In this document: piece after piece, positions 36,621-49,016 of the stretch | How positions within the stretch are numbered: position 1 is the first letter of the stretch | Layout of the letters: each line of letters starts with the position of its first letter | From: Squalus acanthias | Taxonomy: Eukaryota | NCBI GenBank assembly: GCA_030390025.1 | Contig: CM059431.1 | Coordinates: forward strand, 105,154,001-105,218,000 | Length of the DNA stretch: 64,000 bases | Reading direction: 5' to 3' | Made by a program: the position numbers and the translations under genes | The notes under the pieces: generated by a model | What the model was told of the DNA's origin: nothing | Seen by the model: the letters and a program-made list of their open reading frames with translations, nothing else | Databases searched by the model: none

Positions 36621-37805
36621 ATGGGGGCTGTACTGACACGGGGGGTCGTCCTCCAGCTTCACCATCGGAGGCAGCGGAGGCGCAGGGAGAGAGTGGCAAA
36701 CATGGCCAGAGGGAGGAGGGCCAACAGGGCTCTGCACAGGAGACCTTACCCTCCCAGGGTATTCCGGGATCAATTCTCATATATTCCTCTGTCCGAGGAG
36801 CAGTGTTTTAGAAGGCTCTGCTTCAGCAAGGAGGTGGTCACTGAGCTCTGCCACCTCCTGCAACCAGAGCTCCAGCCTCAGCTCAGGGCCAGGACGTCTC
36901 CGTCGGTGGCAGTTAAGGTGACGCTGGCTCTCAATTTCTAAGCCAGCGGCTCCTTCCAGGCTTCAACAAGGGACATAACGAATATCTCCCAGTTTGCCAT
37001 CCATTGTTGCATCCGGGAGATCACAAATGCTCTGTACCAAAGGAGATGGGAGTACATCTCATTCCCCATGACCCAAGGCAAACAGCGTGAACGCGCATGT
37101 GGCTTCACTAGGATAGCGGCTTCCCCATGGTTCAGGGCGCCATTGACTGCACGCATGTGACATTGCGGGCACCTCATGAAAATGCAAAGGTTTTCCGCAA
37201 CCGCAAAGGCTACCACTCTCTGAACGTCCAGTTGGTTTGCGACCACAGACAGCGCATCCTCGCCGTCAATGCCCGCTATCCTGGCAGCAGCCACGATGCA
37301 TTCATCCTGCGCCAGACTGGTGTCCCAGACCTGTTCCAACCACCGCATCAACCTTGTGGCTGGCTCCTCGGGGACAAGGGTTATCCACTCTGCACCTGGC
37401 TGATGACACCGCTCCGTAACCCCAACACTCCTGCTGAGCTCGCCTACAATGAGAGCCATAGCGCCACCAGGAACCTCACTGAACAGACGATTGGCGTCTT
37501 GAAGCAACAGTTCCAGTGTCTTGCAGTACTCCCCCGATCGAGTCTCGCTTTTCATTGTTGCGTGCTGCATGCTTCACAACCTCGCAATTCTGAGGCTCCA
37601 GCCATTGCCACCAGGGATTGGTGCACCATCTCAGGAGGAGGAAGAGGGAGAGGAGGAGGAGGAGGAGGCGGAGGAGGAGGATGAAGAGGAGGCGGAGGAG
37701 GAGGATGAAGAGGAGGATGAGCAGCAGCAACGTGGGAAGGAGGCACTCAATGTTGCCTCTGCAAGGGCCATTCGTGAACGCCTGATAAGACATCGCTTCA
37801 GATGA
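36621..37805 (+). pseudogene. Harbinger DDE transposase (HARBI1-like); stop at 36939, frameshift ~37120, small deletion ~37520
   Basis: [66 protein letters not shown]; poly-Glu tail. Confidence 0.93.
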
Positions 37806-38109
37806 ATGACAGAGAAGATGGCTTTTGGTATGAAGAAGCATATCATTACAGCCATCCCGCAGCCCCTATTACCGAGCAAAGCTCCAATGAGTAAAATGAA
37901 CAAAGTTGTCAAGTTTCAATAAAAGAAATTATTTTTCTGACAAACTGTGTCTTAGTAAGCACAACCAATAACAAACAAACACAACAATTTATTAACTAAC
38001 AAAACTGGTTCTTACCACATCGAGATAAGCATTAACAGAGTGAACAAGATATTAACATAAACATCCAACTTTGGGACAAACATTCCCCCCATTTGTTTGA
38101 GAATTTTTA

Positions 38110-40322
38110 GTTATTCGCCCTTCGAGGATGATCTCCCTCCCCTTCGCACTTCTCCCCTTCCCACCATACTGCTCCTCCGTAATGTGGCCCCAGTGGCTGC
38201 AGCAAGGCTGGCAGAAGGCTGCTGAATGCTGGATCCAGAGACTGCAGATGGCCTTGAAGGACGCCCTCGACCAGCTCTGGGCCTGGAGGGCCCGGCTGCA
38301 GACTACACCAACTCTGCATGGGCGGCTGCAGTCTGGGCTGGCTGGGTTACAGGCTGTGGCAAATGCAATGGCGGAGTGGCAGTGGTGGGAGCAGGAATGC
38401 TGTCATCCTGAGAGGTGACAGCACCTTACTGCTTGACCAACACACTGCCACTTCCCCCGGGGCAGAACCTCAGCATTTGGAGCAATCTGCTTGAGAACAG
38501 ATTGCTGGCCTGCTGCAGCATCATGAGATCCCCGGTGGACAGTGGGCGACCCAGTGACGATGGCAGCAGTCAGCGCTTGCGTGGCATCAATCTGAGATTG
38601 CATGAGAGCAGTCTGAGATTGGATGGCACCAACCACTGACTCCATTACAGCACTAAGCCATTGCGTTGCCTCGGCCTGTGCTGCAATAGATGCTGCCACC
38701 TCACCCATTACACGCAGCATGGGCTCTGGGTCCCCACGGTTTCTCTGCAATTCAACCATCCTCTGCAATGAGGCAAGGATGGGTTCGAGGGTTTGCAAAC
38801 AGATGACAGCTGTGCTGGCGGCGGACTCCTCCATGCTCCTCGCCAGTGCATCCATGCTATCGAGCACCCTTGCCATTGCACCCATGAGCTCTGTATGCAT
38901 GCTCATCGCCTGAGCGGTCATCACCTTTATATCGAGGTCCTCATCCGAGTCCTGTGCAGCAGAATTCGTGCGCACACTCACCCTCTGGGGAGATGGCCCC
39001 CGAGCTTCCCTTCCCCCATGGTATTACTGCAGCCCGCTGGGTCCAGGAGCTTCATCCACATCAGATCCTAATCCACTGCTCCCCTCCAGTGAACGCGTGG
39101 CCCCAGTGTCGGATGTCTCGCCCTCAGGAGACTATAGCAGAGGGGTCAAAAACCAGGGGAAACAGATTAAAAGTAATTAGTGGAAGGTTTAGAGGGGATT
39201 TGAGGGGAAATTTCTTCACCCAGAGGGTTGTGGGGTCTGGAAATCGCTGCCTGAAAAGGTGGTAGAGGCAGGAACGCTAACCACATTTAAAAAGTACTCG
39301 GATGTGCACTTGGGATGCTCTAACCTGAAGGGCTACGGACCAAGAGCTGGGAAGTGGGATTAGGCTGGATAGCTCTTTGTTGGCCAGCGCGGACACGATG
39401 GGCCGAAATGGCCTCCTTCCGTGCTGTAACTGTCTATGATTCTATGATTCTACGCAGGCGGTGAGGTGCGGGCTTCGTGTTCCTCCTCCTCTCCCACGTC
39501 GCTGCCACTGGGAGGCTGAGGGACAGGCTGGTCAGCTGGTGGCTCACTATCTGAAAGCAGGAAGGTACAAGAGTGGCTTTAATGTGAGGGCAGGGGGGCT
39601 GGAAGGGAGCAAGGAACAGTATAGTTAGATGGAAAGTGGGAAAGGCTGGTGTTGTGAGGGGGAAGAGGTATGAGAGAGGAGAAAAAGCTGATGAACATAC
39701 CGTTGCTGTCCCCAAGGGGGTCGACCTCTCCAACGGTCACAGCGCCGATGACATGACTGGCGATGAGTCTGTGGTCTCGCTCCTCCAGTTGTGTGAAGGG
39801 GTGCAGCTCCCCCTGACCTCCTCCTGTGTGTTGTTGCTCCCTCCGGTTATGTTTAAGCTTGGCCTGCAAGAAAAAGGACAGCGTCTGAGTGAGTGTGCAG
39901 CCATGTGTTATGCAGATATGCCTACCATAGTTGAATAGCCATTAATGTCTGCAAGGTGTGGGATGTGCATGTGATTTTTAGTAGATGGGCATATTTGTTG
40001 GGTGAGTGTTGAGGATTTGGGACTTTACACCGTCTGTGCACAGAGTGAGGTTGAGATGTAGAAGTTTTTCAAGCATGTATTCACCCTGACCACCCGAGTG
40101 AGGTCGTTGAACTTCTTGCGTAGGATTCCTTTGGACCAGGCTCCTGGATGAAATGTGCTGGGCAACCTCCCTCCACACCCTTGTAAACTCCCGGGGCAAT
40201 GGCCTCCTGCCAGTCTCTGGAAACAGCACTGCCCGTCGGCGTTCCACAGCGCCAACCAGAGCCACCCAATGCCTGGTTGCTAAACCGGCGAGCTCTCTCC
40301 CTGGGCCTCTGAGTGACCATCA
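38110..40322 (-). pseudogene. Harbinger Myb/SANT-like DNA-binding partner gene, three exons (~40322-40085, 39863-39701, 39550-~38110)
   Basis: RERARRFS...LVGAVERRRAVLFP...VWREVA...RKKFNDL; exon 2 AKLKHNRREQQHTGGG; GT-AG introns with pyrimidine tracts; frameshifts and a CR1 insertion in exon 3. Confidence 0.82.
39133..39452 (+). mobile_element. CR1 3' fragment inserted in the Myb/SANT gene
   Basis: Near-identical to 9677-9995; TATGATTC tail. Confidence 0.9.
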
Positions 40323-41865
40323 TGAACCTTTGCTGAAGATTTTTGCCTGCTTGCAGGCCGAGGTCAAACACTGCAATGAGCAGGGTGCGGCTGTGCAGCA
40401 AGATGGACCCTCCCCTTTAAGAACTGGACAGCGCCAGTCCGTCTGAGTACAAGATAATTGACAGCGCCTGAGCTTGAGTAGCGCTCTGAGGTAGCGCCTC
40501 GTTCCCCGATGTTAGGTGTGTAGCACTCGATTTAGTGTTCCAATCACCTCCAGGGGCGCTGGAGACGAATTTTGCAGTCGGCGGTGATAATTTGCTCCGG
40601 GCGCTAAAATTTGCGCCCGGCCGATATTAGCGCCCCAAAATGGGCGATACCCAATTGTCCCCCCCCAAGCCTCTGAGACAAGACTACGAACCGTGCATCC
40701 AACCTGGAGCATCACTGACTCAAAACAAAATCCTTTGACTCACGCCTGTCAGAAAACCCTTGCCACATTTATATTTGAGTGGCTGACTGGAAATACGCAG
40801 GAAATGAACGGGCTGCTAAAAGATTGGTTTTTTCCTCCCCCAAAATAAAAGTCTCTTTGCCCAAATGCCCCTGTGATGTGGAGCCATTCGTTATTAAGGA
40901 GCTTTTCCCCCCCTCCCCATCTCTCCTGAACACATTTGCTGTTTGCTGGGGTATGGTGCCACAGGCACTGACTATCCTCCAATGCCTCATCCAAGTGGAC
41001 ATTCTCCTTGTGTGATTCTTGGGATGTATTTTAGCATGGGGCCTCGCGACCAAGCCTGATCCTCTCTTCACCCATATGAACACGCATGCACCTCCAACAA
41101 AGATGGCCAGCTATCAATTTTTCTAAACACAATATGTAAATACAGTGTTTGTTGGAAAGGGTTCTTGCCTGTTTTATGAAGCTTGACCTAAGTATGGGAG
41201 TTATTGTACAGGTCTCAGTTTTGTCATAAAATGTACATTAGCACCCCTCCCCCCCTCCACCAACCACCCAGTCACATCAAGTATCCTCCAGTTAAGCCTT
41301 AAATGATTTGTAAATAAAAGAAGAAACAGCACATTAAACGCCGACAAAAGATAGCAGTGAAATGCAAATGTGAAAGATTTCGAAAGACAGCTCCATAAAC
41401 TGTTTTAAGTGAAATGAATTCATTCAGAACATAACCAACACAGAATTTCCTCATAATCAACTGCAGATTGTTACTTAATGAACCTGCGGCAATGGCAATC
41501 ATGAGTCCCTCTTATGTGAACATCACCATGCATCAAGCATGTGGTGCATTACTGACAGTCAGTGTCTGCACTCACAGCTATCGCCCACATGAACATTCTT
41601 CAACAATGATTACAAATCCACACATTAAACTGGAACAGCATAGAGAGGCATTTAAGAGAGGCAGATAAGCTCCAAACAAAATCAGTGAATTTGGAAGATA
41701 TTTATGAACCACTCAATTGTCACCCTTGCAGCATATCTGAGCTCCTTGATTAGATTACTGTCTTGCAGTCCCACTTATCCATTATTCTATAAGTAATAAC
41801 TAATACACAGACTCCCCTGTTATTTGTCCAGCATTCTTTTATTTTCTTCTCTAACGCTACTCAAT

Positions 41866-42643
41866 AACAACAACTTGCATTTATTTATTTTTTATTTGTT
41901 TATGGGATGTGGGCGTTGCTGGCAAGGCCAGCATTTATTGCCCATCCCTAATTGCCCATGAGAAGGTGGTGGTGAGCCGCCTTCTTGAACCGCTGCAGTC
42001 TGTGTGGTGAAGGTACACCCACAGTGCTGTTAGGGAGGGAGTTCCAGGATTTTGACACCTTTAATGTAGTGAAATGTCCCAAGCGCTTCACAGGAGCGTT
42101 ATCAAACAGAATTTGACACTGAGTCACATAAGGAGATATTAGGACAGGGCTTGGTCAAAGAGGCAGTTTTGAAGGAGCGTCTTAAAGGAGGAGAGAGAGG
42201 TCGAAAGGCGGAGAGGTTTAGGGAGGGAATTCCAGAGCTTAGGGCCTAGCCAGCTGAAGGCGCGGCCGCCAATGGTGGAGCGATGGAAATCGAGGATGCG
42301 CAAGAGGCCAGAATTGGAGGAGCGCAGAGATCTCGGAGAGTTGTGGGGCTGAAGGAGGTTTCAGAGATAGGGAGGCGCGAGGCCGTGGATGGATTTGAAA
42401 ACAAGGATAAGAATTTTTTAAATCGAGGTGTTGCCGGACCGGGAGTCAATGTAATTCAGCAAGCTCAGGGGTGAAGGGTGAACAGGACTTGGTGCGAGTT
42501 TTGTTACAGGCAGCAGGGTTTTGGATGACCTCAGGTTTACGGAGGGGGCAAGGTGTGAGGCCGACCAGGAGAGCATTGGAATAGTCGTGTCTGGAAATAA
42601 CAAAGGAACGGAAGAGGGTTTCAGCAGCAGATGAGCTGAGGCA
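41866..42643 (-). mobile_element. L2 3' fragment with a Zenon-like LINE tail (41881-42055) in its 3' end
   Basis: AACAAC tail; L2 body homologous to 6965-7540. Confidence 0.85.
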
Positions 42644-43451
42644 ACCTCGTATATTTTTTAAATCACTTATTTTGAGTGGCTTGAGAAAATTACAAGGGAT
42701 TAATACTTGAATTCAGGGTGAAGCTGAGGCAGACTTAAGAACCGTAGATAAAACTGGCAGATGTTTTTAATGAAACATCGCTGAATAGAGCTAAACCTGT
42801 CAAGGTTGCAAACCCATTAAACTAATTGATGTGTCATGGTGTCTGAGTGAATAACAGGTAAACAGCAACCTGGAAAGACATTGATATCAGAAAGATGTAA
42901 TTTTATTAGTACTTTAGGTACTTGGAAAGATGAAGAATGGTGGAGTCCACACATTCCCTTATGTACACTAGCGTTCTTCATAATATACAAGGGGAATTTT
43001 GTGTAACCTACTAGCTTGCTCTGCATCTGTGCGTTTATATTTTTTGTAATATGCAGATTAACCTTAACTTCAAATATTTTTTATTCATGCTGGCAGCAAT
43101 AGGAATCATCAACCCTGTGCATGGAGTGATCGGGTTAGCATGACATACGATTAACAATTACCTTTTGCCTCCTAAGTTACACAATAGACTGATATACGGG
43201 ATGTCAACACACTCTCTTGATGGCTCTGATTGTTAGAAAATACCATACTGACAGACCATAACTCTCAGGCTAAAAGCCGAGTTTATTGTAAGCTGTAAAT
43301 TTATACAGAAGCACAATAATTCAATAGATTAGATAGCAATTGAATACTTAACTACCTTGATACTTTAAACCCACTTATGAAAGCAAAATAATAATATTTT
43401 TTGAATGCTCAGAGTCTTTTCATTAACTTTGAATGTAAGTTCATGCCTCTA

Positions 43452-43625
43452 AAAGAAAGACTTATATTTATATAGCCCCTTTCATGACCTCAGGACATCC
43501 AAGAGTGCTTCACAGCCAATGAAGTACATTTGAAGTGTAGTCATTGTTGTAATGTAGGAAACGCGGCAGCCAATTTGCGCACAGCAAGCTCCTACAAACA
43601 GCAATGTGATAATGACCAGATCATT
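43452..43625 (-). mobile_element. Deu-domain SINE 3' part
   Basis: AAAGAAAGACTT...ATATAGC tail through AATGACCAGATC. Confidence 0.8.
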
Positions 43626-44188
43626 TATACAGACTTCTGTCACACTGCAGTTATCTGGTAATACTGTTGAACTTAGTGAACACAAGAAATGTAGAAAGGC
43701 TACAGTAACTAAACCTGATCCAGCAGCTTCTTACATCTGGCACCAAGAGACTATTCCTCACTAAGCAAGAAGCTGCATATCTTTACTCACCAGGCAGGTA
43801 AATTAGTTTTTAATCAATTATATCTTCCAGACAGAAATCGTATAAACTGCTGACTTTTGACACCTGGATGGATTTTGAATCTTCAAATACTTGATAGGCG
43901 TTACAAACTGCTTGGCCCTAGGTGACCATTATCTGTCTCCTCTTACAGCATTATCCTCGCATACATCAACATTTCATGAGCCCGGGGTGTCAGGCCAACC
44001 ACTTTAAATCTGATGAGGGACTGTTAACGATAAATTCATAAACAAAGGCAAGGACCTCAATGTCAAACCCAGACAGCACAGCACTGAAATTGCAAGTTTC
44101 CAGTCTAAGGGAGCACAAATTGGAGAATCAAGCACAGTGTCAATGCACTCAATTTGCAGCACTCCCAATTTTCCAAACATTGGAAGTA

Positions 44189-45330
44189 TGAAGGGATATT
44201 TACTAGTCCTAGCCCCTTTAGGGCTACCCCGGATCAGGTGTATTCCTCAGACTTTCACTTTCAACTAAAGTTTGAGGTAGCCGAATCCTAAAGACGCTTA
44301 ATTGGGCCTAAAGTTCTGGACTATCTCTCCCTAAAGGAAAGGAACAACCTGAAAATGTTACCGTCCTCCAGATAGCACTTTTAATAAGTTTAGCTAGACT
44401 GTAACATTCCGGATATTATGAGCCTCCGGAAAACTCCCTCAGAATTCTGCAACTCCTCACCAAAGAGTGTACAGAGGATGAGTTTGTGAGTTTGATACAG
44501 AAGTCTAATGTGAGACAATTCTAAAAATATATAGATTTATTAAAGAACCGACATGTAATTTACAGTTGGTGAGTCAATCGCAACATTAACAGTTCCAAAA
44601 AGAGAAAGCTTACAATTCTATTATCAGAGAACCTTACTCTCAAATCTTAACTTTACCACAGTTTTACAGTTCTTAGTTTTCTACAGGATATCCACCAAAA
44701 TCAAATACCTTTGATCCCTGAGGTACAAAGAGTTGGAGACTTACAGAGCCGCCTCTGAAGCCAAGAATCGCTTTGCCCCTTTAAAGCGAGTCTACTATCC
44801 CATTTGAGAGTTCAATATTTATACCCTTTTCCAGTGATATTTCCTTTAAGGTTTTCTGCTGATGTAAGCTAATTATCTCTAGTCATTTTTCTGCTGACCC
44901 CTGCAATTCTTATAGTCACCTCAGCTGGTAGCATTACAGAATTATGTCTCTTCTCTAGGTGTTCTAAGTTTACCATAAAAAAACGGTGTAACGGCAGGTG
45001 TGTTTTACTTGATGTCATTTTTACGAAGACAGATGTTTCTTACTTTTATGTGCTTCTGTACAAAGTGTAAATTAGAACACCTTGTACAGGGTAAACCATT
45101 GTTTGATTCCGAAAGGTTCAGACTATCGGATCCTTTAACCTTCTGTTTCAATAAGGTTATTGATTCAGTGTCAACAACTATCTTATCTCTATAGCCAGAA
45201 TGCTTTCATAGCTTTTTCATAGTTAGGTTTCTAGATTTCCAGGCCCAGTTTGTCATGTTTTAATAATGCCAGAATTCTTTCATAGAATGGTGTATTTTTT
45301 TGAATAGGTTATATGGCTTATTCCTTCACA
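44189..45330 (-). mobile_element. Solo LTR (1142 bp), family C, 4-bp TSD AGTA
   Basis: AGTA-TGAAGG...CCTTCACA-AGTA. On the minus strand, TATAAA ~44820 lies upstream of AATAAA ~44538. Confidence 0.75.
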
Positions 45331-45422
45331 AGTAATAGTTGGAAAATTGGGCGTCACGAATTAGACGCCCGGCTATCCGTACCCGAATCTCCAATCTGTG
45401 CTCCCGTCAAGACTCTGCATCT

Positions 45423-45650
45423 GGGAACATAGGAACTGGGGTAGGCCATTCAGCCACTCAAGCCTATTCCACCATTCAATTACATCATCGCCAATGTTCC
45501 CTCTAATTTTTTTTGGTCCTGCCTTGGTTCCGTAACCATTAATACACTTGCCTAACAGAAATCTATCAATCACAGTTGTGAAATTTTCATTTGACCCCCA
45601 GCCTCAACAGCTTTCTGGGGAAGAAGGTTCCAGATTTTCACTACCCTATG
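45423..45650 (-). mobile_element. CR1 3' fragment
   Basis: GGAACATAGGAAC tail; RVVKIWNLLPQKAVEA. Confidence 0.8.
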
Positions 45651-46221
45651 TGTCTCATGATAATCGGGGCTCGAGTGTCTATTCGACCACCAACCAACCA
45701 GGGCAAAGGACAGAGGCAATTTTACCTTGGAAAGCCTCCATATCCATTTTAAACATCCCATTGCCTACGAACTAGCTACTGCGCTAATGTAAAGATAATA
45801 TATAGAATTACTTTATCATTTGAAACAGGACAAAATCCAGTTTCTGTCACAGTTAGCAATGAAGAAGAGCTTACAGCTTTTAGTGCCATTACAAGTTGCT
45901 GTTAATAGCGTAAGTGCCAGTCCATAATTGTTTTGCAGTAACAGACGTATTCTCAAAGGATGACTGCATAACAGTTTGAGTGATTGACTTCAGGCAACCT
46001 TGAGAGAGAGTTACAACTAGAGTGCACAAATGATCAGAAAACATGCATTTCAATTCATAACAGTGTATTATGGAATTGGAAATTTGTTTGCTTATCTGTG
46101 CTCCTATGAATAGGAAATTCATTCACAGGAACAGGAGGAGGCCATTCAGCCCCTCGAGCATATACTGCTATTCAATTAGATCATGGCTGATCTGTATCTT
46201 AACTCCATTTAAACCAATAAA

Positions 46222-46770
46222 AACTTGTATTTATACAGCAACTTTCATGACCTTAGGGCTGACCCAAAGCACGTAACAGCCAATGAAGTACTTTTGAAGT
46301 GTAGTCACTGTTGTAATGTAGGAAACGCGGCAGCCAACATGCACACAGCAAGCTCCCACAAACAGCAATGTGATAATGACCAGATAATCTGTTTTAGTGA
46401 GTTTGATTGAGGGTTAAATGTGGGCCAGGACACCGGGGATAGCTCTTTCGGATGAGACGTTAAACTGAGGCCCTGTCTGCTCTCTCAGGTGGACGTAAAA
46501 GATCCCTTGGCACTATTTCGAAGAAGAGCAGGGGAATTATCCCCGGGGTCCTGGGGCCAATATTTATCCCTCAATCAACATAACAAAAACAGATTATCTG
46601 GTCATTATCACAATGCTGTTTGTGGGACCTTGCTGTGCGCAAATTGGCTGCCGTGTTTCCCACATTACAACAGTGACTACACTCCAAAAGTACTTCATTG
46701 GCTGTAAAGCACTTTGAGACGTCCGGTGGTCGTGAAAGGCGCCGTATAAATGCAAGTCTTTCTTTCTATA
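46222..46770. mobile_element. Two headless Deu-SINE pieces fused in inverted orientation (46222-46445 minus, 46445-46770 plus)
   Basis: L2-type tails point outward at both ends; the shared ~200 bp forms an inverted repeat. Confidence 0.8.
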
Positions 46771-47511
46771 AACGGGTGGCCGTTCCACAAATTGAAAATC
46801 CACCCCATGAAGTCTGAGGGTGCATTTATGCCCTGTCATTTGCACCACTGCTTTGTAGTGACGCTAAAGATGATTTGAAAACAGGGTTGACGGCAGATCA
46901 AATCGATCTCCAGACCCGGCTCTCTAATCCCAGCACCTGCTGTCTTCAAACGTGAACTTACTCCGCAGTGTAAACTTGATCTTCTGCAGTTCTGGTCCCA
47001 AAGAGCAAAGTGTAACGGCACCAAGTAAAAACACATTTTAAACCGTTAAAAAAAAATCAGTCCCCACTTTGTAACATAAAGTTTGCAATGATTTAAAAGG
47101 AAAAAAAAACAACTGAATTGCTTTGTATAGCGTGCCCAATGACATCACCACCAAACGAATCTCCACCAGCTCAGTTTCGAGTTTGGGAGGTGCCTGTGTG
47201 ATTTGGGACCATCAAATCTGAAGTGAATGTCAGACAATTCACTGTAAGTTCTGAGGCCAGGGGGTGAATGTACCCTAACCGTACCCTGTCTCTGGCTTTC
47301 CATGTCCTTGCGTTGCATTTGCTGGTTTTGTTCAGACTTCCCCGACAGTGATTATACCAGTGCCTTATAGAAACCATGAGAGGAGGGGTGGGTTTCGTGA
47401 GATGTGAGGCGAAGAAATTAGAGGAAAGAGAATTAGAATGAAAAGAAAGTAAGATTTGCATTTATAAAGTGCCTCGTCGTGTCTCTCAGAAAAGCCTGGT
47501 GAATTAATTTG

Positions 47512-47735
47512 AGTGGTTAGGATTTGGAATGCACTTCCTGATAGGGTGGTGGATAGTGGCTCAATAATAGCCTTCAACATGGGAACTGGATAAATACCTG
47601 AAGGAAAAAAAATTGCAGGGTTATGGGGAAAGAGCTGGGGAGTGGAACTAACTGGATTGCTCTTCGAAAGAGCCAGTGCAGACTCGATGGGCCAAATGGC
47701 CTCCTTTTGTCTCATACTAATGTATGATTCCATAT
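47512..47735 (+). mobile_element. CR1 3' fragment
   Basis: VVRIWNALPDRVVDS and CR1 3' UTR. Confidence 0.8.
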
Positions 47736-47958
47736 TGTTATGCAGGCGAATGCCTTTTTTTTTTACACAGCAGGATCCCAAAACAGCAATGAAATGAATG
47801 GCCAGTTAATTGTTGTTAATGAATATTGGCCAAGAGACAAGGAGAACTTCTGCTCTTAATCACATAGTGTAATGGAATTTCTTGTGGAAGAAATTGTGTT
47901 TTTTCTTCCTCACTCTTTGCCTATTGTATTGTGAAAGCCTGCAAGCTCAAGTTAACCT

Positions 47959-48924
47959 ACAACAACAACAACGTGTATTTGTATAGCACCTTTAACGTAG
48001 TAAAACGTCCCAAGGCGCTTCACAGGAGTATTATAAGACAAAAATTTGACACCGAGCCACATAAGGAGAAATTAGGGCAGGTGACCAAAAACTTGGTCAA
48101 AGAGGTAGGTTTTAAGGAGCGTCTTAAAGGAGGAAAGAGAGGCAGCGAGGCGGAGAGGTTTAGGCAGGGAATTCCAGAGCTTAGGGCCTAGGCAGCTGAA
48201 GGCACGGCCACCAATGGTTGAGCAATTATAATCAGGGATGCTCAAGAGGGCAGAATTAGAGGAGCGCAGATATCTCAGGGGTTGTGGGGCTGAAGGAGAT
48301 TACAGAGATAGGGAGGGTTGAGGCCATGAAGGGATTTGAAAACAAGGATGAGAATTTTGAAATCGAGGCGTTTCTTAACCGGGAACCAATGTAGGTCAGC
48401 GAGCACAGGGGTGATGGGTGAACGGGACTTGGTGCGAGTTAGGACACAGGCAGCCAAGTTTTGGATGACCTCAAGTTTACGGAGGGTAGAATGTGGGAGG
48501 TCGGCCAGCAGTGCGTTGGAATAACCACGTCTAGAAGTAACAAAGGCAGGGATGAGGGTATCAGCAGCAGATGAGCTGAGGCAGGGGCAGAGATGGGCGA
48601 TGTTATGGAGGTGGAAATAGGCGGTCTTAGTTATGCTGTGGATATATGGTCGGAAGCTCATTTCAGGGTTAAATATGACACCAAGGTTGCAAACAGTCTG
48701 GTTCCGGCTCAGACAGATGCTAGGGAGAGGGATGGAGTCGGTGGCTAGGGAACAGAGTTTGTGGCAGGGACCGAAGACAATGGCTTCGGTCTTCCCAATA
48801 TTTAATTGGAGAAAATTTCTGCTCATCCAGAACTGGATGTCGGGCAAGCAGTCTGACAATTTAGAGACCGTAGAGGGGTCGAGAGAAGTGGTGGTGAGGT
48901 AGAGCTGGGTGTTGTCAGCATACA
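47959..48924 (-). mobile_element. L2 LINE fragment (RT C-terminal half and 3' end)
   Basis: YADNTQLY...WMSRNFLQLNIGKTE...LHWFPV...FKILILVFK; AACAAC tail. Confidence 0.93.
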
Positions 48925-49016
48925 CTTTCCCTTAGATTATAATAGCAATTGAAATCCTGAAACAAACACAATTAAAAGTGATCACTTACCAGATACATTT
49001 TAAGTCTATAGTCTAA

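Larger units (their letters stand above)
36128..40665 (+). mobile_element. PIF/Harbinger DNA transposon, structurally complete but disabled
   Basis: Imperfect TIRs GAGGGAAAAATTCGGT / ACCCAATTGTCCCCC, candidate TSD CAA, subterminal (T)AGCGCC/GGCGCT(A) arrays, convergent transposase and Myb/SANT genes. Confidence 0.92.

Noticed and set aside
36621..37805. Domesticated host gene HARBI1
   Set aside because: It has a stop, a frameshift and a deletion, and lies between TIRs next to a Myb partner, so it is a transposon copy
37476..37912. Poly-Leu, poly-Pro and poly-Ser ORFs on the minus strand
   Set aside because: Antisense readings of the GAG repeat that encodes the transposase acidic tail
40880..41060. 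Further Harbinger transposase C-terminal relic on the minus strand
   Set aside because: Only vague similarity, with no diagnostic motif
44009..44035. CTGATGAG hammerhead-like start
   Set aside because: No stem II and no GAAA in the required position
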